Source: Chromera velia
Lineage: Eukaryota
Assembly (NCBI GenBank): GCA_018398765.1
Contig: JAHBMJ010000501.1
Location: forward strand, 1 to 46,440
Length of the DNA: 46,440 nucleotides
Direction of reading: 5' to 3'
Part shown: one piece after another, positions 24,243-33,257 of the stretch
Numbering within the stretch: the first letter of the stretch is position 1
How the letters are laid out: each line of letters opens with the position of its first letter
Position numbers and translations under genes: made by a program
Notes under the pieces: generated by a model
Told to the model about the DNA's origin: nothing
The model's database searches: none
What the model saw: only the letters and a program-made list of their open reading frames with translations

Positions 24243-25954
24243 GTGAGTGTGTGTATGTCTGTGTGTGTGTGTGTGTGGNNNNNNNNNNNNNNNNNNGGGG
24301 GGGGGGGGGAGGAGGGAGAGAACGACAACGTCCACCGAGTCTCTTCTTCTGTCCTTCAAGTTTTTTCAGCTCGTCCTTTTTGCCAGCCCCTTACGATGAG
24401 ACGTACATTGACACTGTCGATTCTTTTCTTGTCTCCTTCCTGCAGGTGCTTGGTTGGCCGCCGTCATCGGCGTAGTCGCAATTTGCATTGGTGAGTTGCT
24501 GGAAGCATGGCAAGAGGAAGACGTGAAAGAAACAGTCCCTTATTCTCTGAGACCAACGGGCATGAAGGAGACGTACATGAGAGAAACAATCATTCCGCAT
24601 ACAGACTGACTTGAGACGACTGAGAGACACCTTCCCATTTTCTCTTCATGTCGGCGTGCGTTCCCAGACACCGGAATGACCGAGGGCGTCCTTTATTCTT
24701 TCTCTTCCACTCAATCCCCTCGCCTCTCCTCTCTTCATGTGCGTCCCATCCCCCCGTGTGCTCTGCATGCAGTGATGACCGTGATCATCTGCCAGACTGT
24801 GCGGGCAAAGGGGACTGATGAATATTCCGGTGTCACAGTTGGTCCGTCAAACGTGAATATTATGATGGTGATTCGTTTGTTTCCTTTGTCCTGCAAACCC
24901 ATCTGGGCCCCAAGCGAAGAATGACCTGTGATGTTGGTGATGTTTCTTCTAGAAGGGGATGAAACCAAATTCCATTTGTTGAGCTGGTAGACAGATGGGG
25001 AGGCTCCGTGTTGGGTGTATACAGGGCAATAGGATTTCCTGTCACACCAGAAGCGAAGAGGCGTCATGGCAAAATTGCTCGTGTGAACGTCATTTCTCTT
25101 CTTCCCTGCCGTTTTGCGCAGTTTCTCCTGAGGACTATGGAGACTATGGGAACAGGGTACAGCAGCAGAAGGGAGGGGGGGTTACGGTATACGGGGGGGA
25201 CGAGGACCATCTGTCTGTGGGGGGAGGCCGGATCGATAGGGCCATGCAGGAGGCACGGGCAGAGCACTTTGCGATTGCGTCCGACTCAGAGGACGAGGAG
25301 GAAGCGGGGGAGGGGGGGTCGCCTAGGTCGTCGGGAAGACCGGGCGCCAAGGGGGAGAAGAGCAAAAATGGTCAGGAACGCAATACGTGTAGAAGTGCAT
25401 CACCCAAAAAAGAGTCAGATGTGCAAGTTCTGCACAGGAGGGAAAGGAGGAAAAACTCCACGAGACAGCGATTCAGTGGGCTGTGCCGGTGGACGGTTGG
25501 CCATCAGGACGCTGTGAGTGAAGTAGCCAGCAATTCAAGCAAGAACCTTCCCTTGTTTTTGTGTCCGTTGCTCTGCTGCGATGGTCCTGCTCATTCTCTC
25601 TTCATCCATTTCTTTCTTGGTTTGGCTTGATCCTTTTCGCTGCTGTCTGTTCTTGTCGGTTTTTCTTTAGCTTCCTCCCCGTCAAGAGTGCTCAAGATTT
25701 TCTGTCGAGGCACAGAAAGAATTCTTTCCGTGAGTTGAAAGTTGAACGTTCATGTGGACTGGAAAACTCTGACTGTACCGACCTGCATCTATCTGCATTG
25801 ATATGATGCATATGCAGGTGGTATTGCCGTGCGGACCTTTTCGATTGGAAAGGCGGCAGAGGGGGCCGCATCGGCTCCTGTGACGGCGATTGAGGGGCCT
25901 CCGGGGTTCAAGAAACCGACGGATGTCAAGGACAAGGAACTTCTTGAAATATGA
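18876..25954 (+). CDS. Plasmepsin V / ASP5-like membrane-anchored A1 aspartic protease, 11 exons (18876-19671, 20062-20159, 20652-20752, 21023-21181, 21609-21670, 22591-23595, 23985-24086, 24446-24490, 24773-24841, 25122-25370, 25818-25954), 2823 nt, 940 aa
   Basis: Signal peptide MRLFLIFFVAVL; catalytic DTGS and DSG|TTYT (split by intron 1); YAYWFVDILVGTP, CxxCxxCGxH insert, YTEGS and MGCHxxExxLF motifs as in plasmepsin V/ASP5; terminal LGASF..HDVIFDR..RVGF...C. All introns are GT-AG with consistent phase and the summed exon length is divisible by 3. Exact orthology not established. Confidence 0.88.
22640..22850 (+). repeat. Coding poly-Thr (ACN) low-complexity mucin-like stalk in protease exon 6
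   Basis: Run of ACA/ACC/ACG/ACT codons in the spliced frame. Confidence 0.85.
24279..24296. other. Assembly gap (18 N) between a (GT)n run and a poly-G run within an intron
   Basis: N characters in the sequence. Confidence 0.99.
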
Positions 25955-27261
25955 CGTGAATGCTTTTGTTGATACATGCATGCGTGTTTGGGGGCCAGTG
26001 GGTGATGCACGATGATTCATGTTAGAAATGAATGAATGTCCCCGTGCTGGCAGGTCTGTTTTTGACTGACTGCCTCACTGACTAGATGCTTAACCGTTGT
26101 GTTCGGGGAAGGAACTTTTTGCGTGAGGGAGCAGGACGTGAGGGTAGAGAGAAACCTCTTTGGGGGGGAGGGGGTAGAATCACCGTCTGCAAGGGGAGAG
26201 GAGAAGTTTAAAAAGAGAAGACGAATGAAGTTTCAACTGATCGAAACGTCTGCAGTGACAGCGACATCGCCGGTCTCTCTGCATGCGTTAAATTCTTAAC
26301 AACTGCCAGGGGGATGGGGGCTGTTGGACTGACTGACTGCCGAATGAGTGTTATCTAACAAGTCCGATATCTAATCTGATTGACTAAATCCCGATTCTGC
26401 ACCCATACTCAAAACAACGGAAGGAAGGAAGAAAGAAAAACCATGCCGGATCCCCTTGGGAATGGTCACAGTGAGTGCAGCGACCGAACCAGTGAGCAAG
26501 GCGAACATCCATGCCAGTGGGGTCTGATGGAGAGGAAAGGAGAAGCTTCGCCTTCAAGTATAGGCGGCAGGGATCCTCATGGGCCCGTATCCGTGACACT
26601 AGCCGAAACAGAAATCCAGGTTGGTCAAAAGGATCAACCAGGCCAGTTAGCAGGACGTTAGGCAAAACATTGTCAGTGTCACGTACTATAGGCTGAGGAC
26701 TAGGCTGAGGACAATTAAAAGTCAATTCATAATCATAAGTGTGAATATAAACTTCTAGTACAAACCTATATAGATGTAGCTAGATAAAAATCTATGTTTT
26801 ACGATCGATATGCAATTGTTTTTGAAAAAAAGGTTTTGATTAATTCGTAATGCTATAGTCGCAATGATTGCATGATTGTTAAAAAACGGTTACGAATAAA
26901 ATACTTGTGTTGTATGATTGATTGCTGCCGTATTGCGTCCTCTACAGATAGCCACTAAGATCCGATAAAATCCTATAAAATATGATAAAATGATAGCTAA
27001 AATCTGATAAGATTCACAATTATACTAGCAATTATAAGGGTTTTAAATTTTAAAATGCGGTAGATTCAAAGTTGATCTTAACTCAATGTAATCCTATAAA
27101 ATCCATTAATTTTTATATATGAAAATCTTATAGCTAAAATCTCATAAAGCCTAAAATCATGTAAAATCTTAGCTATACCCGCAGCATCTATGAGGAATGA
27201 CAAACTGAAATATCTAAGATATTTAAGGATATTTATTATTATTTCTATCCCCCATTAAATA

Positions 27262-28510
27262 CCTTTTATAAAGAGAAGCTCGCAGGCCAACCAGGAGAGA
27301 TAGGGACACACACAGTAAATGAAAGAGTAGATAGGATGGAAAGATAGATTGTAAGCAAGACAGATAAAGAAATAAAAGAGAGGAAGAAAGAAATCTTCAC
27401 GTAGAGAATTGAGAGGGGAGTGAGAGAGAGAGATAGAAGAGAGAGAAAAAAAGGAAAAAAAGTCCATATGGTACACATACACCGAACAAAAGCAAACGGA
27501 AACAGATTGCAGTTTATTTTGTTTAAAAAAGCGTCAGAAGAAAGACCAAGAGAGGGAATGAAAATAGAGAAAGAAAAACTGGGACGGGTGCCCTTTTGTT
27601 ATGGAAGGGTAGCACTAAGAGGAGAACACAGAAGGAGAACAGCCTACAGAGTAGGAGACAGGACGTTAGCGGGAACAAAGGAAAAAGTACCAGAAAGAGG
27701 AGGGCAGAGAGTGCCGTTGGAGGAGAGACTCTGCCCTTTTTACAAAGGATGGATGGAAACAGAGGTGTTGGAGGACGAGATCCATATGCTGACTGAGTGT
27801 CCGATTTATGATAGAGAAAGAATGCACATGTATAGAATATTAGGAGCAGACTGGAACGAGGGAAGAGAAAAGTCTTAGAGAGCAAGAAAAGTTTGCAGAG
27901 AGAAAAGAGAAGGACAAAGAAGAAGCCTGCACACTGAGGCTCTGTTCAAATTCTTGATGAACGAAGGGCATAGTGTGGTGGATGAGTTTCTGGGGAGGGC
28001 GGCGTTCAGAAGAAGAGTGTTCAAGGAAAGCCCAGGAAGGTACGCACCTGGAAGCTCGTTAGATGAAACAGTGCTGGCACAGAGATACGGAGTGACCACA
28101 AAAAGAAAGGGGGGAACGGAAAGAAAAAAAGAAGAATACAAGATGATCCTGGAACTAATGGAGACAGGAAGACAGCTGAAGGAGGGAGAAGGAGAAATCG
28201 CTGTCAGGAGAGAAGAATGGAGAAAGGGCATGCACAAAGCCAAAGTGTCTTTTCATCCTGTGTCATTGGATCAATTTTTGGAGCAGTCCCTTCTGAGCAG
28301 CCTATAGACCAAAGCATGCAAAACACAGACAGATTGTTGTTTGTTAGCAGCCTGGGAAACTAAGCGGGCCACGGGGTATGGTCTGAGCCTCAGCGATGAG
28401 GTACACCCCCCTGCTGTTTACGGGGGCAACCTCTATAAGACTGTGTCACAAAACAGCAACAGTGCTCTAGGGCACTATTAATCACTTATCACTTAACTTA
28501 TCACTTATCT
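27262..28510 (+). mobile_element. 5'-truncated non-LTR retrotransposon (LINE) 3' end, degenerate
   Basis: Contains a LINE ORF2-type C-terminal zinc finger, PLEERLCPF(Y)...EDEIHMLTECPIY. The frame continues through a TAG at 27876 to 28307. Ends in a (TCACTTA)n-like tail at 28482-28510. Candidate TSD TTAAATA at 27255-27261 and 28511-28517. Confidence 0.75.
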
Positions 28511-28754
28511 TTAAATATTTGACTGCATCAAATTATATAAAGGAAAGATATTTGAAGATATTTCCAGATATTTGTTTTAAAAAATATTTATCTTTATATA
28601 ACTGATATAATAGACTATGCAGTTGATCGAATACTAGCAAATATCCGCAAATATCTGGTGATGTCTTACAATATGGAAAGATATTTTGAATTTGTCTACA
28701 AATATCTCAAAAGATTTACAATTATTTTAAGATATGCATGGACAAACAGTTTTT

Positions 28755-29800
28755 AGAAGGAAGGAATGAAGGAAAGAATGAAGGAGGGAAGGAAAGAAAG
28801 AAGGAAGAAAGCAAGGAGGGAGAGAGCGAAGGAAGGAAGGAAAGAAGGAAGGAAAGAAGGAAGGACGGATGGAAAGAAAGAAGGAAGGGGCTTGAAGGAA
28901 GGAGAGAAGGAAGGAAGAAAGGGACTTGAAGATGTACTTGAAGGAAGGAGGGAGGGAAGGAAGGAAGGAAGGAAGGGAAGGAAGGAAGGAAGGAAGGAAG
29001 GAAGGAAGGAGGAAGGAAGGAAGAAAGGAAGGAAGAAAGGAAGGGACTTGAAGGAAGGAGGGAAAGAAAGAAGAAAGGGACTTGAAGATGTACTTGGAGG
29101 AAGGAGGGAAGGAAGGAAGGAAGGAAGGAAGAGGAAGGAAGGAAGGAAGGAAGGAAGGAAGAAGGAAGGAAGAAGGAAGGAAGAAAGGAAGGAATGAAGG
29201 AAGGAAGAAAGAAAGAAAGGAAGAAAAGAAAGGAGGGAGGGAGGAAGGGACTTGAAGGAAGAAAGAAGGAAGAGAGGGAGGAAGAGAAGGATGCATTGCA
29301 TAAAACCTGATTTAGTTGTCAATCTGAGAGTCGTAGCGTGACCTAGGAACTACCTACACCCAGTTTTTTGGTGGGACTCCGGAGATTGAAACAGCCGTAG
29401 TTAAAAACTTATATTTTCTTTTGGTTTCCTCGGTGATATCAGGCCCCCTTCTAACCATTCCGAAGTCGTCCTGGCCCCCATCAATGGCTCTAACCATAAA
29501 GTTTTTTTCAGGAGTTTGGACCTTGCCGTCCCTTTCTGTAAAGGGCTGCACCAGGGAATACTCTCCAACAAATATACGGATAGAAGAAAGGAAGTCTCTC
29601 ACGATGGAAGAAAGGGCAAAAGGGAAGGAAAGGAAGGAAGGAGGGAAGGAAGGAAGGGAAGAAAGGTAGGACGAAAGGGAAGGAAAGGAAGGAAGGAGGG
29701 AAGGAAGGGAAGGAAGAAGGAATGGAAGGAAGGCCGGAAGAAACGAAGGAATGGAATGGAACGGAAGGGAAGGGAAGAAAAGGGAAGGAAGGAATGAATG
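28755..29800. repeat. (GAAG)n purine-rich low-complexity tracts (28755-29290 and 29600-29800), with an internally duplicated GGGACTTGAAGATGTACTTG motif
   Basis: Seen directly. Confidence 0.9.
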
Positions 29801-30842
29801 AACGATGGGAGGTCTGTCTCGCCTCGCTGTTGTGTGGATGGGGAGAGAGAAAAAGAAAAAGAGACGTCGAGCTGGGGGAGGATACACTCACTGCTCGTGC
29901 TGCAAAACTGCTGAGAAGTCTTTTTTCTGTCAGCACAAGCGTCTGTCTCGCGAAGAAAAATGTTTGCCTCGCTGTTATGTGGGTAGAGAGGGAGGAAAAC
30001 AAAGAGAGACGTCAAGCTAGGGGAGGATACACTCACTGTTCATACTTTGGAATCGATGATGAGTCTCCTTTCTGTCAGCACAGTGGTCTGTCTCGCTAAG
30101 AAAAATGTTTGCTTCGCTGTTGTGTAGATGGGAAGAGAGGAAAACAAAGAGAGACGTCGAGCTGGGGGAGGATACACTCACTACTTGTGGCGCGGAACTG
30201 CTGAGAAGTCTCCTTTCTATCAGCACAAGGGTCTGTCTCGCGAAGAAAAATGTTGGCCTCGCTGTTGTGTGGATAGAGAGGGAGGAAAACAAAGAGAAAC
30301 GTCAAGCTGGGGGAGAATACACTCACTGTTCATGCTTTAGAATCGATGATGAGTCTCCTTTCTATCAGCACAAGGGTCTGTCTCGCGAAGGAAAATGTTT
30401 ACCTCACTGTTGTGTGGATCGGAAGAGAGGAAAACAAAGAGAGACGTCGAGCTGGGGGGGGATATACTCACTGCTTATGGCGCAGAACTGCTGAGAAATC
30501 TCCTTTCTGTCAGCACAAGGGCCTGTTTTGCGAAGGAAAATGTTGGCCTCGCTGTTGTGTGGATAGAAAGGGAGGAAAACAAAGAGAAACGTCAAGCTGG
30601 GGGAGGATACACTCACTATTCATGCTATAGAACCGATGATGAGTCTCCTTTCTGTCAGCACAAGTGTCTGTCTTGCCAACGAAAAATGTTTGCCTCACCG
30701 TTGTACGGATGGCGGATGCAGAGAAAAGAAACGAAAGAGACGAGCACTCTACAAACATAACATACCAGGGTATACAGCGTTAATGCTCCAAGCGACCTTC
30801 ATTTTTGCCTTAAAGGCAGGTTGATAGGGCAACAGGAGAACT
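29354..30842 (-). pseudogene. Putative captured gene fragment inside the TIR element: exon about 30766-30842 (VLLLPYQPAFKAKMKVAWSINAVYP) and terminal exon about 29354-29535 (RDGKVQTPEKNFMVRAIDGGQDDFGMVRRGPDITEETKRKYKFLTTAVSISGVPPKNWV*)
   Basis: CAG| and |GTATGT boundaries for the upstream exon (phase-1 end) and a TTTACAG| phase-1 acceptor for the terminal exon; protein-like sequence embedded in low-complexity DNA. Function unknown. Confidence 0.35.
29812..30710 (-). repeat. Tandem array of six 145-bp units (alternating A/B, 290-bp higher order)
   Basis: The motif GAGGATACACTCAC ends at 29891, 30036, 30181, 30326, 30471 and 30616, an exact 145-bp period. Confidence 0.92.
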
Positions 30843-31967
30843 CTGGGAAAAGCAACAACAAGGATACACTCTCAAAAATCAGTGGAGACGACGGAAGGAA
30901 AAATCACAGCTGCACTGAGGCCAGCGTACTCAGTCTGCATGGGAAAGCGATGGAGCTCTCCAATCTATAACGGAAATACTTGAATCTCCAAGTACTTCAG
31001 AGCCAACTGGAGGAACGCAGAGTTACTGAGGCAGTTTTGCGATGTTTTGCGCAGCGAATTTCTCGATCTGGAGGCCATCTGCATGATTCTGGATGGTCTC
31101 CATATGTATGCATGTGGGCCACATATGGGCCGGCCAGCAAAATTCGGCCGCGGCGGTGCGCGGGATGCGGATTGCATGCATAGACCCACGGCCGGCGCGC
31201 GGTCGATCCCACGACCTATATGCCATGAATAGCTATGAAGCTGACTAGGGTATTAGGTATTGCGAATCGCGATATCAGTCTAACCCTAGGTCTGATCCTG
31301 GGTCTGACTCATACATAAGATAATGATAATGATAATCAAATCATTCAAAATAACTATTTGGTGAAATATCATGAAATATCTTGAAATATCACAAATATCC
31401 TTAAATGTCTTCAAATATCCTGATATTTGGATATTTCATAATCAAATATCTTGGATATACGGATATTTGATTTTGTCATTCTTCATAGATGAGAGTTCCG
31501 CATAGCTAGACCTTGTGGTCATGTCGGCATATCTGTTTTTGGTGTCATATTTGTTATGGTGTCTGTGTGGGCAGGGGCTACGGCATTTATTTCTGTTTGC
31601 ACTAACCTAGGCCTAGCCCTATGCACTAACTTTGCAGTGGTAAATCTGGTGATCGAAGTGTATCCATCTAAGTATTCATTCCTAGCTAGATCCATTCATT
31701 CCTGTTTGGCCTCATGAAGGCCGATGAAGCGGTTTGTTTACTACTACTCTAGCCTAAAGTGGCCCTAAACTGACAGTCCATGGACTCGGATGCACCTATA
31801 TATTCTTTGTATGTCTATATTACTACTAGTACTACTACTAGTAGCAACCGCTTACTGTCTGTACACAACAAGTTGTCTAGACTATAGGTCTAGATAGTTG
31901 TATAAGTCGATTATGCGCGTCGCTTTGTATGCAGACGAGCAAACTGACACAAAAAAAACCGATGAGC

Positions 31968-32305
31968 AATCTTTTGCCTTACGGTGCATCGCATGACTTA
32001 CTACTGATGCACTTTCACCTCAGCACCAGGCAGGAAGGTCTTCCTCCTCTCCAACCGCTATGTACCATCTTTTTCCGTCCTGGAGGCCGTCACCCCTCGC
32101 GCTCGGTCGCGCTACACCATAACTTGACGAGTATACGTACACTTATAAACATGACACAAAACACGAACGCATGTCATCATTGAAGAGCATGTTGACGACC
32201 ACATACATCAGGAACACCGCACAGACAAAGTCAAGCACGAACATGAATATATCACAGAAGACTCCATGCACACGACGTCCGAGATAAAGATGGACAAAAA
32301 CCCAG
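31968..32305 (-). repeat. Inverted copy of the 11675-11997 repeat, enriched in C->T/G->A changes
   Basis: Manual alignment to 11801-11906: 15 differences in 106 bp, all transitions. Confidence 0.85.
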
Positions 32306-32664
32306 AAACTAGACCCAGAAAGCCCCTCGCCGAGATGATTGATCGATGAAAGGACACATGCAGGAATCCATTCTCCGATATATCCTTCTTCTCCGGCCCC
32401 GATGTATCTCTCCGGTTATCCCTTCTTTCTCTTTCTCATCCCAACCCAAGATTGAGCGCTTTCGCGCCCAAAGTGTTTTCCTCTCCTTCCCTCTTTCTTT
32501 TCGTTTGACTTACTTGACTTCCTTACTTTTTTTTCTTCTTCGGGGGGTTTTGATTTTGAGGGAGCATCATGCTACCCTCAGTGATTGTGTGCAGGTGGAG
32601 GGTTTGGGTTGGGTGTACACCCAGAGACTGTCGGGACCACAAGGTGAACTCCAGGTGCCTTCTT

Positions 32665-33257
32665 CTAGAAAGCTGTCCCCCTTTGACAACTTCTGGACCA
32701 TCCACCATTTCGGTGAGCAATGCCGGGAAATCGGTCGTAGTCAACTATGACAGACCCACGGCACATGCCAACGCCGGGAGTTTCATGATGCCTTTTATGC
32801 CCAACTAGCTCATAGTCGATTAGTTTTCTCGACGCGCTCATAGCCCCTTTCACCTCGGACACCTTCGGTAGAGGAAGAATAACTACGTCGGAGTCCCGCT
32901 CGGTCTTTTCGTATCTGGCTTTCCCAATCTTCGGGTCCATACGGTTCATTTGAATGTCTTCTCGGGTGCCAAACAGAGTGACCCGGACCCTCGAAGAGGG
33001 AGAAAACACATAAAAACGAGATCGTACTAGGTCTTCTATCTCTATCATTGCTCTTTCAAGGTGGATGAGACGGTCCTCTTTCTCCTTGTCCTCAGCTTGG
33101 AGCTTCGCTCTCAAGTTGGAGACCTCTCCCTTAACAACGAAGACAAAGAGAGAGAAGAGAAGCAGCAGAGCTAGCATAAAGAAGACACTGCCCGTGGAGG
33201 CCAGCTCCGGCCACTGCGCATCCCCGAACGAGTCCAAAAATGCAAAGTCGTCGACAT
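32665..33257 (-). CDS. Terminal exon paralogous to 7403-8172 (TM helix, coiled coil, DSDVVILP...GSVIxDYxRFPGxAHxNG domain); may be truncated or pseudogenised
   Basis: Shared motifs GE(I/V)SxLRAxL, ERA, VxVTxFGxxE, DPxIG, DSDVVILP, PxVGMxxGSVIxDYxRFPGxAHxNG. Both exons begin with a phase-1 GCAG|AT acceptor. Confidence 0.7.

Larger units (their letters stand above)
27185..31491. mobile_element. Non-autonomous TIR DNA element (about 4.3 kb) with 30-bp terminal inverted repeats and GATATTT/AAATATC subterminal repeats
   Basis: Left end CATCTATGAGGAATGACAAACTGAAATATC (27185-27214) matches the reverse complement of 31462-31491, CATCTATGAAGAATGACAAAATCAAATATC, at 27/30. GATATTT motifs cluster inside both ends. 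AG flanks both sides (possible 2-bp TSD). No transposase seen. Confidence 0.7.

Noticed and set aside
28727..30099. Long ORFs rich in FLPS or EGRK
   Set aside because: Translations of (GAAG)n low-complexity DNA; the same applies to ORFs over GA, TTTC and GT microsatellites elsewhere.
29812..30710. CRISPR-like repeat/spacer appearance
   Set aside because: Whole 145-bp units are homologous with no unique spacers; eukaryotic context and no cas genes.
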